Notes: a model not told the origin generated them from the letters alone. A stretch of 64,000 nucleotides of DNA from an uncultured Nitrososphaeraceae archaeon (GCA_963765895.1 CAVXZB010000048.1:32001-96000), one strand, 5' to 3'; counted from the stretch's first letter, positions 10,824 through 22,570 are shown. Numbers and translations: made by a program.

Positions 10824-10932
10824 CCCGAGATACCCGGCTATTTTGACTCTTGAAAGATTTTAGTGATATATAGAAGACACAGAATAAAGTTTAATTTATA
10901 ATAGAATTCAAATCTATCCAGGACATCTCGGG
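10824..10932. repeat. ~110-bp element with imperfect inverted ends (MITE-like); similar copy at ~34645-34762
   Basis: CCCGAGATACCCGG ... CCAGGACATCTCGGG, with internal TAGAATTCAA. The second copy reads CCGGGGTATCCCGGGCTAT...TAGAATTCAATAATATCCCGG. Confidence 0.45.
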
Positions 10933-11409
10933 CGCAATTATATCATATCAGTATAGTTTAAAGCAGGTGAGGCTATCTATAATAGGTATAATAAGGATAA
11001 AAGTGGTAACAAACGCTAGTTATTAATCAATTCTGTTTATGATGAATACAAATATTCTACACAAAATCTTATTGTGATATGAGCGAATCTCATCGCCTAT
11101 CTAACATTCTCATCTTCAAGAAAGGACTAGAGCGCATGAATAAAGTGGCGCAGCAGGTGGGGTTAGAAATAGGGAAGGAAGTTATAACATCGCTCTGTCG
11201 AATATAAAGAATGTTTTACCAGAATTTGTGAAGTGGCAATTGCCAATCTATCTGGATCGTCCTGATAGACAGGCATCTAATTTGTATCAACATTCCAAGG
11301 CATCAGACTATACATTTGATATCTCAATTTGGTATAGAGCAAGTTCTTACCATGTCCACTTGATATATTGAATCCTCCTGTTCTATAGGTTAAAGGCTAT
11401 TTTGTTTTT

Positions 11410-12027
11410 TCATCGACATATATAGTACCTACTTATCTTAAGAGGTTCTTCTATAGATTCATCCGTGATTAAATTGACAAAATGATATCTTTTATCCTCA
11501 GTATTGTAAATTATTATACTTGGCGTATTCTCAATCTTATTTTCTATATTTGGAAAGTTCCTATGTGCTGTACCAGGATTGAGTACTTGTATTCTCTTGA
11601 TAGCTGCCTCATTTTTCAGAGCTATCTCAACTGTTTCATTACGCCGCTTGTGTGTATGACCGTGAATAAAGACATCATAAATTCCACTCCGAATAGCGGC
11701 CTCCCTGAGATTTTCGCTTGTTCCATGATAGATTCCAAACCTAGAGCTTGAGATCTCTCTATCATCAAATTCAGCCTTCAATTCGCCACCTATTTCTATA
11801 AATTTTTTGGATAGCATTAACTTTTCCCCATCATTGTTACCCAACACTCCGATGACTCTAACCTCCGGTAACACGTCCTTCAAATTCTTTAATTCATCTA
11901 CCACTCCAGGGAATACAAAATCACCTGCATGAATGACTAGGCTTATGCGTTCTCTTTTGAATATTCTGATGGCTGATCTAAGACTGTCAAGATCATCGTG
12001 GGTATCCGAAATAATACCTATCTTCAT
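11410..12027 (-). CDS. YfcE/MJ0936-family metallophosphoesterase
   Basis: SDTH, HAGD, GNND, YHG, HGHTH and NPG motifs. Confidence 0.92.
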   Translation of the reverse strand: MKIGIISDTHDDLDSLRSAIRIFKRERISLVIHAGDFVFPGVVDELKNLKDVLPEVRVIGVLGNNDGEKLMLSKKFIEIGGELKAEFDDREISSSRFGIYHGTSENLREAAIRSGIYDVFIHGHTHKRRNETVEIALKNEAAIKRIQVLNPGTAHRNFPNIENKIENTPSIIIYNTEDKRYHFVNLITDESIEEPLKISRYYICR

Positions 12028-12284
12028 AAGGACGTTAACTAGCCGTAGTCATTATTTCAACTTTAAGTACAATAAATTAGTTAATTTACAAACTCAAATA
12101 GATGATGTCTCCAGCAAAAGTCCCTCGCAATAAGGACATTTTTCAATCAAGTCCAAATTCAATCTGTCGTTATCTATAAGTGCATGGCAGTGTCGGCATT
12201 GTATTGTCAATTTTATATACCACTCTTCTATAGAAGACTATGCCATATAATCCTTTAATTGTATATTTTCTTTATATACTAACA

Positions 12285-12568
12285 CTAAGACTTATAGAAA
12301 ACCGCGCTCGAAAAGAGGATATTGATGTGACACTTCTCCTTTTTGACCGTCTCAAACAACCGATCGAGATCAGCTAGGTTGCCGGCATCACCCTGCACGC
12401 CGGTGATGTTCATATCAATTTCTTCGACTGCATTATCAAGCCTTTTGGCTGCTGGCCGGTGATGAAGACATACGCACATTTCTCGATGAATAATTTCGCG
12501 GTAGCAAGCGCCATACCGCTGGTCGCTCCTGTAATGACAGCTACTCTATTCTCTAATTTTTTTGACAT
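12285..12568 (-). pseudogene. Short-chain dehydrogenase, frameshifted and truncated
   Basis: VAVITGATSGMALATAK, then GVQGDAGNLADLDRLFETVK in another frame; the catalytic half is missing. Confidence 0.85.
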
Positions 12569-13076
12569 GGATAGAGGCATTCCGTTTCCTCTTTTATGGA
12601 GATCATCCATTATCCCTTATCCATTATTCACAACCCACTCCTTATCACTACATTAAGAATTGTAATTATATAAGTTGATAATTCGAGGTCTAACCATTAG
12701 GTCTGGATGATAAGGTGATGGAAGATATAAAATCGTCTACTTTCTATCTGTTCCAGTATAGAAAGTACCTTTTGATCCCAAGCATCTCCTATTACCTGAA
12801 CCACACAAATTGTCGAGTCGGCAACTGGTTTTGGAAAATAAAGAGCCATTTTACCTAATAGTTTATTGCCTATAGAATCTCCCTTGCAGCTTTAGCAAAT
12901 TGACAAAGTTACAGATTATTTCTGACTGGCAACGTATCAGGGAAATTATTTTAATTGGTATAGTATTGAGGCTTTAATAAGCAAACTAAACATGTTACAG
13001 AATATAGACTTGGTCTTCTTCAAGATCCTGTCAATATTTATGCAACTTTTTTATTCCGTGTTGTATAATGGAAAGA

Positions 13077-13557
13077 TTACATAGCGTTACGTATCTTTGT
13101 AATTATCTCTTGATTTGACGAGGTAGACTCTAAATATATACAAAGATATCTATCATTTCTAGCTGTTAGCGAAGCTATAGCTATTTTTAGTAACCCATGG
13201 ATTTGTACAAGTTCGACTCGATGAGCCGAATCCTTGCTCTTTCCTATCTGAACGTAGCGTATCATCTTTTATTCTCTTCAATGTACTAGCTAAGTAATTT
13301 GTATAGAAAAGATAATTCGTATTGTAATGGCAAAATGTAGCTGAAGCCTTTAGACTATGTTGCCGATACTCTTTTGTTTCTGCAGAAGATAATTGGAAAA
13401 GTCTAGTTTTGATTAGACTGTTATTGATATTACCATCCTTACACTGTTTTCCAGCGATTAGTTTCCCGTTAGTATCTGTAACAGCCGCAAACCTTACTTC
13501 TTTGCTTATGTCAAGAGCAACCAGACACATTTCATCAAAGAAGTCATATTCTTCCAA
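13077..13557 (-). pseudogene. DUF6659/roadblock-like protein, frameshifted
   Basis: LDISKEVRFAAVTDTNGKLIAG resembles 30249..30602; the C-terminus is in ORF 13077..13265. Confidence 0.55.
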
Positions 13558-13778
13558 TTTTATCGTAGATAGGGTACATTACGATATATTAACTATTTGG
13601 AAGAAATATTACATACAATATTCTTATGTGTTTATCTTATATTAAAAGAAGAAAAACTAATAATATTTTGATAAATATAGAAATAAATTATGAGATATGT
13701 CTCCATCAACTAGCCTTTTCCTGCCCAGTACAATATGTAAATAGTAAGACGTCAATTAATCGTCAGTAGGTTTGCAAA

Positions 13779-14072
13779 ATGACTTGTAAAGGCATATGTA
13801 TACGTCACAAGGCACAAAAACCAGTTGGCTCTGGCCACTACGCTTTAGGACAGAGGCGATGCCAAATTTGTGAAATATTCATCAACTGGGTTGGATTGTG
13901 GTGTCCTTGCTGTGGCTATAGACTGAGAACAAGGCCACGAAATTTGAAGTATAAGGATAAGCTTAGAGCAAGAAAGAAAAGAGAGGAGGCAGATATGCTC
14001 ATTCAACAACAGCCAGCGTCTCAGATACAAAAACCAGGTAAGAGTATTATGCATAAATCAGTTGACCGCTAA
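13779..14072 (+). CDS. Small Cys-rich zinc-finger protein typical of Nitrososphaerota
   Basis: MTCKGICIRHKA...RCQICEIFI...CPCCGYRLRTRPR. Confidence 0.8.
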   Translation: MTCKGICIRHKAQKPVGSGHYALGQRRCQICEIFINWVGLWCPCCGYRLRTRPRNLKYKDKLRARKKREEADMLIQQQPASQIQKPGKSIMHKSVDR

Positions 14073-14461
14073 TAAGTTAAAGTAATACTCAGCGATGTAT
14101 GTATGATTGCTACTAATTCAGAATATGTGTTACTCTAACTATAGAACTACTAAATAGGTTAGCTAGCAGATTTGCAGCCATTATATTTATCACTCCATCT
14201 ATGTGAAATTCATTGACTATTGTCGAGTAACCATAAAAATATTAGCCATTACTGTAATCTCATTCTTATAGAGAGTAATAAACTTAGTTACTGAACATGA
14301 TGTGAAGATAATCAAGGTTTTAGTAAACGTGTTATATGGCGCGCGCCTAATCATGGACATGCAGCTTTTCATCTTGAGCACATGCTTATACGACTGGCCA
14401 TAATATAGTTAAGATATTACAGAATGTATCAACGCCACTCAATATTCCCATAAGCTCATCT

Positions 14462-15657
14462 TCATAGCCTGGTACTAACTCGTTTTAAAACGCGTTCATC
14501 ATACCGATTTTGTTTTACTAGTCTTGACATCTCAACCGCAGCACTTAAAGTCTTTATGATATCTTGTCGCATATGTTCATTATCTTTCATCTTATCAAAG
14601 TTGTTCTCTGTATCTTCAGCATACCAACCTCTTGTCCACCCTACAAATGGAAATTTGCCGAACACAAAACCAAGCTGGGACCAAAATGTGAGAAGCTCTT
14701 CTGCAACATGTTGTACATTGTCCTGACCTCCTGTAATTATAAATGCGGCAACTTTATCTCGAATAAGGTATCTCTCATTAGTAATATTCTGATTTTGTAC
14801 ACAATTCATCCTCTGAACCATCTGATAATAAAGTGAACTGGCACTACCACATCGAATAGGAGTAGCGATGATTACGACCTCAGCCCACAGGATAACTTTT
14901 TGATAAATCTCTATCATCCGATCTTCCTTATCCATCTCCGATATTGAACATGGAAATATGCATGCACTAGCATTTTTCGAGTAGTACCCCTCACAATGTT
15001 TGAAGTGCAAGTCCCTAAGCTTTATCACCTTAGTTTCGGCACCAAATTCATGTTTCGCGTAATCTAACGCATAATTTAAGGCATCTTCTGATGTACTTTT
15101 CCGCAGGGCAATCTTATCATTTGAGTTAGTAGTCGATATTCCTAGTATTCGTGTGGTCTTTTTAGTTTCCTTAATAATTTGCAGCTTACTATTCTTATCC
15201 ATATGGTTCAAATATTCTCTTACCGAATTTTGTAAGTCAGAATATTCTTTGTGTGGCTGTGTAACCCTTTTGCCAATATTAGTAGGAATGGAGTTCACAT
15301 AGAGCTTATCTTCAATTACCTTAGTCTCATAAGAGTCAACACTATCTCCTCCCTCGTGCGGAGCCTTGCCATCAATGATAGAATATTTCCAACCATGCCA
15401 CGGACAGGTTACAACTTTCTTTTTCTCATCTAATATGCCCTTACTTAGCGGCCCCCCTTGATGTTGGCATTTGTTTAATATACAGTAGTATTTGCATCTA
15501 CATTGAATACAGCGATTTGGATTTTAGCTCCTTCGTCATTGCTTACTACAAATTGTCTTGATTTACCAGCTGGTAATTCCTCAATTGTACAGAGATAACG
15601 AAAAATAGAGGATTTGTTATCATCATCTTTATAGTTGTCTATTCTCTTCATGCCCAT
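14462..15657 (-). CDS. Rieske [2Fe-2S] domain fused to a flavodoxin-like FMN reductase (one frameshift near 15490)
   Basis: CQHQGGPL...CPWHGW runs in frame into the 14462..15298 ORF (GISTT, ATPIR, ITGGQDNVQ). The N-terminus is in ORF 15475..15657. Confidence 0.85.
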
Positions 15658-16513
15658 TCTTACTTATCTTCTCCTATTCCATAATAGTTTTTATCGTAAA
15701 AATCCGTCGGAATATACTAAGTATCGCAATGAATAACTTCAAAGACATGAAAGAAACTCACTTCTAGTTGAGAATTTTTCTTTAAACCTTCAATACATAG
15801 CATTTATGGTAAATTCTGCATTGTTAGACCGTACTCAGTTTAGTATATATTTTATAACTTCACTATAGGAAAAGCGAGCAGATTGTGTTCGCAATAGAGA
15901 ATGAAACAAGACAATTGCATATTATCATTATCTCATCACAATCAGTAGTAGGCATAGTAAATTTTTCATAATTTCTCTTGCGTTCTAACTTCATTCCAAA
16001 TGATCGTATTCGATTTGTAGTCTCTGAAAAATCATGTACTTTGTCTCCTAACAAAATAGTCTTTTACATCTATATCGAAATCTACTTCAAACTTTATTCT
16101 TAGTCTTAAATTGCTAGTTTAACCATCGCCACTCAACTCCTTATATCTCCACTCTATACAAATTAGGATTATAGTTCCTATTCATTAAATGACACTCTAA
16201 TCTATATTATAATTATAAACTCGAAAACAATTAGCAATTATAAATAAATTTGATGAGGTAGTAGCGTCTACAATAGAATAGTCTTTAAACCTAAAAACAG
16301 TATCATCCAGTTTTTCTTGCGCCAATATTCATAACCTTCTTCGTGGTTAAGACCTATTTTCTAATTATGTTCTGGTGCAATATATTCTAGTTGTACATAT
16401 CAACGGCATGGTTTTTAAAATGAATACTGTCTTTTTATATAGCATATTCAATTGGTAATGTGGAACATGTGCTTGCGCGCGTCCATGTCTTAGGTGCAGT
16501 CGACAAGTAGGTG

Positions 16514-17075
16514 CTACCAACCCAACACCTTCGCAGATTTTGCAGCTGCACCTCGTGACGCTTGATTAGGATCCTTATTTTCAAATTGAACTTCGTAGAT
16601 CGCCTGTCGAATATTATCAGCTATTTGAGGGTATTCAGGAATTGATGGCCGTGTTCCTGCAAACGGAATCATGGAGACTAGTTGTCTATAATATGGATAA
16701 GATAAAGCAGTAGAATTTAATAAATCACTTTTACCCATGGATATTTGAGTTGGCAGTACCCCAGTTTGACGAAGATAAGGACCAAGTATCTTGGGCTCGA
16801 GGGTTAGTTCAATTAGCTTCCATGCAAGATCCTTATGAGTGGATGCCTTGGGTATGCCTAATGCATAGCCTCCCATCAATGTTGAAGTTTGATTATTTTT
16901 ATATGGAACTGGTAGCGCTGGGATAAAACCAATCTTGTCTTCAAATTCCTTTCCAGACTTGCTTTGAAGAAATGTTACAGGTAGCCATGATCCTTCAATC
17001 ATGACTGCAAACTCACTGTCTAAAAATTCCGCTCCCCCGAAATGATTCTTCTGTGGTTTAATTCCAGCATCGACA
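16514..17075 (-). pseudogene. Sugar ABC transporter substrate-binding protein, C-terminal fragment
   Basis: AVMIEGSW, MGGYALGIPK, RPSIPEYPQIADNI; no N-terminal half or permease genes nearby. Confidence 0.8.
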
Positions 17076-17319
17076 AATATCTACTATGCCAAGCCAAGAT
17101 ATGAAGAATTGAGAAGTTGGGTAAATAGTGGTCAAGTTGACGTATTGAGATTTAGGCATAATATGTAGAAGCAAACTCAGGTAGGTAACTAATTTCTTAA
17201 CAGCCTATACATTTCATATATTCCAAGGTGCATGGAATTTGAAGCATTAACTATCCATGAGTAGGAATATAAAAGAAACCTTAAAAACAATAAGGACGAG
17301 ACGAGATGGATGATGTTAA

Positions 17320-17499
17320 TTATTTCTTCAATGCCTCATTCAATAGTTTCACGTATTGTTCTAAAGCATTGTGCCTAGAAAAAAAGTCTACTATCACATT
17401 TCCATCTTCATAGTCATTTATCGCCTGCCTGCCAGGAAAGAAATCATCTACATCTTTGTCTATATTATAGAGTATTGTTTTCTTCATGGACTTAGCCAT
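17320..17499 (-). CDS. 59-aa hypothetical protein (below ORF-track cutoff)
   Basis: Manual translation MAKSMKKTILYNIDKDVDDFFPGRQ...YVKLLNEALKK*. Confidence 0.45.
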   Translation of the reverse strand: MAKSMKKTILYNIDKDVDDFFPGRQAINDYEDGNVIVDFFSRHNALEQYVKLLNEALKK

Positions 17500-17580
17500 A
17501 ATTTAATATCATATGATCGGAATACTATATAGCATCTACATAATCAAGAATAAATAAATCAAGAGATAGATTCCAATCAA

Positions 17581-17742
17581 ATGAATGAAGTGATGGTCTG
17601 CAGATGCAACCATTCCAAACTCTATCATATGTTTTCAACAATTACGAATGTAAGAACTGGAAAAATCATGCCAATTGAATTTTGTCTAGAATGTGAGTGT
17701 CATAAATTTATAGATAAAGAACAGGAACGATTGAATGAATAA
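17581..17742 (+). CDS. 53-aa Cys/His metal-binding microprotein
   Basis: MNEVMVCRCNHSKLYH...FCLECECHKF (CxCxH...H...CxxCxC). Confidence 0.6.
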   Translation: MNEVMVCRCNHSKLYHMFSTITNVRTGKIMPIEFCLECECHKFIDKEQERLNE

Positions 17743-18060
17743 GTAATAGTATTACCAAATTATGGTAATTCGCTATCAAAAGTGTCCATATATAATATGT
17801 ATATGTTTATCATATATTTTTATAGTGAGTACTATCTCCAATCTGTCGGTAATACTGTTGTCATCTTGATTATGGTCATCATAGCTGCCAATGTATTTAG
17901 CCATTTCAGGTACTGTTACTGGTAAGAAGGGCTTGGCTACTGAAAATAAGACTGGTAGTACTAATCACATAGGAGAGGCCGTTTGGCAGTTAACGATCCT
18001 GGTGCCGATGGACCAAAAAAGCCAGTTAAAAAATAAAGACTATTTCTTTAGACACCTTAT

Positions 18061-18252
18061 TCAGTGCTTCAATATACGCTCTACTTTTTCAAGTACTAAT
18101 TTCATCTCTTGATGCAAAGAACCACGCTCAAGGCTAACCATCATGAATCTTATTGAATCCTTTATAATCTGTAATTCTTTCTTGTTGAACTGACAGGGCT
18201 CAGACATTCTTTTTTCTCTTTTAAGCGATTCGTTAGTGCAATTACTGTTCAC
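18061..18252 (-). CDS. Small hypothetical protein
   Basis: Helical-looking ORF FNKKELQIIKDSIRFM...; no motif recognised. Confidence 0.35.
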   Translation of the reverse strand: MNSNCTNESLKREKRMSEPCQFNKKELQIIKDSIRFMMVSLERGSLHQEMKLVLEKVERILKH

Positions 18253-18748
18253 TGATTTTAGGTCATCTTACTTCAAGATGCGTCATTTGATATTTGTTAG
18301 CAATATCATCTAAACATATATTGGTAAGTGTAGAATGGAAATAGCCTCTTAGACTAGATTGATGCTGTCTGGGGAGCAAAGTGGAGAACAACCAAGACCC
18401 TCCGCCATCAAAACCAGCAGATGACAACGTGAATGAGTAACGTCTAAAAGTCCGCTCGAAAATGTCGAGGTCTGGAATCATACTTTATTTTTCTCTCATG
18501 TTAACTGATATTCGGAATCTTCGTTATCGAAGTAGTTGTGGATTAAATTGTAGACAGAACCAAAGATTTAACTTTTTATCCATGTAGCAAACCGCTCCAA
18601 GGCGTTCTTAGAGTGGCGTACATAATAAATTTACTTTTAGAATTTCAAATTAGATTATCGCTTACATTTTTTTCCGTTAATCAACTGTCTAGTACGGTAG
18701 GACTGCCCTTATACAAATTCACGAGAAAAGAGAGAATTTAGTTCTCAA

Positions 18749-19141
18749 TCATGCAGATATCTGACGATTTGCACCCATATAAAGCGGATTTTTGTCAGGA
18801 TCAACAAGAAAAATGAATACGCTTAATCCCTCATTAATAAAATCAGATGTAAAGACAACACCTTTCTCTTTGAGTTCTTTTACAGCAATCTCCAGATCTT
18901 CTTGACTCTCAAGAAGAATTCCTAGTGAAATACTCTCACATTTCCCGAGAGTCTGTCCAGGATATACTTGAGTTGTCAGGCTTATCCTTATTGGGAATCT
19001 AGAACCGACAGGTGTTTCTACAACTCCAAATTCAGAAGTAGGTTTCTGAGCTAAAATGAATCCAAGTGTTTCGGTATAGAATTTAAGTGATTGTTCTACA
19101 TTGGAAACAAGGATTCTCACAAAAGCGCCTTTATTCTCCAT
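18749..19141 (-). CDS. VOC/glyoxalase family protein
   Basis: VSNVEQSLKFYTETLGF, LKEKGV, DPDKNPL. Confidence 0.88.
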   Translation of the reverse strand: MENKGAFVRILVSNVEQSLKFYTETLGFILAQKPTSEFGVVETPVGSRFPIRISLTTQVYPGQTLGKCESISLGILLESQEDLEIAVKELKEKGVVFTSDFINEGLSVFIFLVDPDKNPLYMGANRQISA

Positions 19142-19549
19142 ACTTTTGGATATAAGGATTTGCTTTATATGCATTTATAATGGAAATAACAAATTATTAT
19201 TAAAGTTTAACTATATGTTCTTATTTTGAGACAAAATATTCGGTCGGAACCAATCGTAGTAACAGCTTTAGACGAATAGCTGAAGTATATTCTAACGTAC
19301 CGTCAAGTATATTGGAATTAAGAAAGCAAGAATGAGATTTAAAGTAATTATTATCGTTTCGAACTGCGTGCACTTAGGACTTCGGGGCCGCTTCTGTCTC
19401 TCGTCATCATATAATTATATAATTATACTTCATTAATAAGCTCAGGATATTATTTGGCGTGCCTCATGATAGAAATTAGGTTTATGATATGCCGAGGTAT
19501 AGGCCATATTTCTCGTTAGTATTGTTGGTAACGATGATCAAAAATGCAC

Positions 19550-20245
19550 CTATGGCTTCTTTGCCATAGTTGTAACAGGATGTATTTCTGTCCATTCACC
19601 ATGTTCCTTATCCAATACATATGATCCTGTAACTTGAACGTGGCTACTTACTGGCTGAATATCTATGTCTTGATGGAAATTCTGACAAGCCGAAATTGCA
19701 GTTGCCTGGGTTACTTTTCCTATACAAATAGGCTCTAGGACTAGATCCCCGAATTGGTTCTCTTGATTAGCCGGATTTACTAAATGTGCATGGGGGGGAT
19801 CAGGCTTTAATCGTATATGCAGGTCACCATCTCGTTCGGTTCTGATGCTATCAATAATACCTGTTACGGTTATGCATGATTCGGAAGCTATTACAATTGA
19901 TGGCGACGATGGCGCAGAGGTTGTGGTACCGGCTAATGAGGAGGAGAAACTATTGCTTCTTGTATCCTTGCTATTTTTAGAAGGAATACCGCTTAGTTCA
20001 TCGTCATTATTATTATTATTGTTATCACCATTACTGTTATTATTATCCGCGATCCTTTCACAATCTCCATCAGGGCTACGGTGAAAGCCGTTTGGGCATC
20101 TAGGTAGCATTCCTTCATGAGGAACTACTTGTTCACAATCTCCACTTGGATTTTTATGATAACCATTTGGACACCTTCCGTCAGCTTGTTGGGGAAGGAA
20201 AACATAGGGAACAGTAGTAAGAATAATGGTTAAAGATGTAAACAA
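19550..20245 (-). CDS. Secreted protein with tandem Cys repeats and an OB-fold-like C-terminal domain
   Basis: RCPNGYHKNPSGDCE / RCPNGFHRSPDGDCE, an N/S-rich linker, then DGDLHIRL...VTGSYVLD.EHG.WTEIHPV. Confidence 0.7.
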   Translation of the reverse strand: MFTSLTIILTTVPYVFLPQQADGRCPNGYHKNPSGDCEQVVPHEGMLPRCPNGFHRSPDGDCERIADNNNSNGDNNNNNNDDELSGIPSKNSKDTRSNSFSSSLAGTTTSAPSSPSIVIASESCITVTGIIDSIRTERDGDLHIRLKPDPPHAHLVNPANQENQFGDLVLEPICIGKVTQATAISACQNFHQDIDIQPVSSHVQVTGSYVLDKEHGEWTEIHPVTTMAKKP

Positions 20246-20275
20246 AAAGGATGATTACGCACATTGTCATGGTTG

Positions 20276-20494
20276 TCATGTATTTACTCTATCTATTCTC
20301 GTTTTGGTTACATTTTGCCAAGCATTCTTAATTTCATCTGGCACGAATTCTAATAATATCTTGTCTGCCCTTTCATGAGCATCTGATAATTCCTTATTAT
20401 TTGCTAGTTCTTGTAAATTTTTAATCAGACGAGTGACAAAATCATCAGATAACTGAATTATCGTTTCATTGTCCTTATGTAATGAGTATGTCAT
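20276..20494 (-). CDS. Small hypothetical protein
   Basis: 72-aa ATG ORF containing DAHERADKILLE. Confidence 0.5.
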   Translation of the reverse strand: MTYSLHKDNETIIQLSDDFVTRLIKNLQELANNKELSDAHERADKILLEFVPDEIKNAWQNVTKTRIDRVNT

Positions 20495-20594
20495 TTGGGA
20501 TTGCTGTTTACTATCAAGTAGTTATATTAAAGCGATTGAGTCAGAAAATAATTGCTGAATGGGACTATTTAACAGCCAACTTCACTAATCACTA

Positions 20595-20773
20595 CTAGCC
20601 TGAGCCTTGTTATACAATAACTGTTTTCTGTCTTTAATTTTCCCCAGACTTATCAGTAAATAACCATCCTTTTTGCAGAATTAATATTATATTTGATCAT
20701 ATAATTGGGATTAAAGTCTAATCTCCTTAAGGAATCACATCTGTCAAGCCAATTCTTTATTATATTAAAAGCC
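20595..20773 (-). pseudogene. PriX-like C-terminal remnant
   Basis: AFNIIKNWLDRCDSLRRLDFNPNYMIKYNINSAK; a 35-nt stretch is identical to the ~10070-10104 copy. Confidence 0.8.
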
Positions 20774-20943
20774 TAATACTAGTCTTTAGTGATAGTATAA
20801 GTTCAATAAGAAATTTCTGAATGCAATTCATAGAGAAGTAATGCAGAAAATCTCTCAAATTAAGCACGAATATTAGGTTACATAAGGTAGCAAATTACCA
20901 TCTGGTGACTAGCACCCGTGATCCTCTGCTTTTTATATGAAAT

Positions 20944-21066
20944 TTATTTATTATATCTGAATGCAAGGTGTTCTCCATTGTGACACAGTGGACAATCTTT
21001 GTCTCTCCTTCGTTCCAAGTCAAAAACGACTCCGCAATTCCTGCAAATGCGTATATTTTTTGCCAT
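20944..21066 (-). CDS. 40-aa zinc-ribbon microprotein
   Basis: MAKNIRICRNCGVVFDLERRRDKDCPLCHNGEHLAFRYNK* (CxxC-13-CPxC). Confidence 0.65.
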   Translation of the reverse strand: MAKNIRICRNCGVVFDLERRRDKDCPLCHNGEHLAFRYNK

Positions 21067-21400
21067 GCTAATAGAATGTCATTGCTTACTTAAGGGCTAT
21101 GTAGACAATCCTGTAAGTCCACATTGTAAATTATCTCTGGTTAGTTTCTGATGAGTTTTGCTATTCATCATACGATTTATTAGCATTCGATATCACCAAC
21201 ATAAATTCGCTAATTTGCTTACCTAAACTTATGCATAAATGCGTCTGATTTTAATCACAATATTTGACGGTACTTTTATGATTTATTTGATAATCGTCAT
21301 AAATCTCGCATTTTGACCAGCTAATATCTCTTCTATACCTCCATCATCGTTCTTCAACAGTATAAGAAATAACAAAAGCAATCTCATTTTATTAATTCAT

Positions 21401-22363
21401 TCATTTTGATTGATTTTGTTGTTGCTGTAAGAGAGATGAAGACGACCTTGACTGTGGCAATTGGAAAAATGGGACTGCTCCTCCTTCCTGTCCTCCACCT
21501 AGAGAATATGGCAATTGTCCATTCCACCTATTGATTGCCTGCCACTGAAGATATTGAGGATCTTGTCTTAACTGCGATGTAATAATTCTAATTGCTTGTG
21601 ATTCTCCACCAGCCTTTGCTATATTAGCTTTAGCCTGTGCTTGAGCTTGTACAACTGTCTGGTTAGCTACTACCTGAATTCCTCTCAAATTATTCAATTC
21701 TGTCAAGTACTTTTGAAAAGCTACCACTTTATCTTCAACCTGGCTAGAGAATGATGGCGAGAACCTAAAATCAGTAATAAATATAGTCTCTACCACAATA
21801 TCTTTTGCTGACAAGGAGGTTCTTATCGTATTTGCTATAACATCCTTAACAATGGCTCTTTTTGTAATTAACTCCTCAGCGTTGTATTTTGCCACACTTG
21901 CTTTAACTGATTCTTGTATTGTAGGGGCTATTACTTTATCTGCATAGTCTGGGCCCAACTGTTGGTAAACCTTATTTACATCAACAGGATTCAGATGGTA
22001 ATTTAACGCTATCACAGTTTGTACTTGTTGTAAATCATTAGATGCAGCCGAAGCATTAGCCACGAATTTGAGTGTACGTACTTCTAATGGTATGACCTGC
22101 TCTGCAAATGGTATTATGAAGTGTACACCTTCACTTAATACTCTGTTCTCGACAGCACCAGCATATAGTACAACTCCTCTGTGTCCTGCCTGTACTATGA
22201 CTACTGATTCAGACATTATCAAAATAATAATGATAAATGTAACTATTGCTGCTATAATTAACAATTTGTTAGACCCTCTAACCAGACCTGATCCTACAGG
22301 TTCAAGAGGTTCCCCTTCAGGTGTCCTCTTATTATTAGCTGATTTCTTGAACGGATTTTTCAA
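21401..22363 (-). CDS. SPFH/prohibitin family membrane protein
   Basis: TM segment, AGHRGVV, EGVHFIIPF, ASNDLQQV, AEELITKR, RWNGQLP. Confidence 0.93.
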   Translation of the reverse strand: MKNPFKKSANNKRTPEGEPLEPVGSGLVRGSNKLLIIAAIVTFIIIILIMSESVVIVQAGHRGVVLYAGAVENRVLSEGVHFIIPFAEQVIPLEVRTLKFVANASAASNDLQQVQTVIALNYHLNPVDVNKVYQQLGPDYADKVIAPTIQESVKASVAKYNAEELITKRAIVKDVIANTIRTSLSAKDIVVETIFITDFRFSPSFSSQVEDKVVAFQKYLTELNNLRGIQVVANQTVVQAQAQAKANIAKAGGESQAIRIITSQLRQDPQYLQWQAINRWNGQLPYSLGGGQEGGAVPFFQLPQSRSSSSLLQQQQNQSK

Positions 22364-22570
22364 TGAATACCTCTACTCATTTGATCATATTAATCAATAA
22401 GATATAGTACACTCTCATACCTATAAGCACCTTTTGAATCTGGTAGTAATATAAAAAATATTATCAAGGATATCATTTTAGATGAATATAATCATCTATT
22501 TTTCTTTTTTATACTATTAACATGCGGTATGCCAACTATATCTATAAAGGATACAAAATTTTCATTTCCT

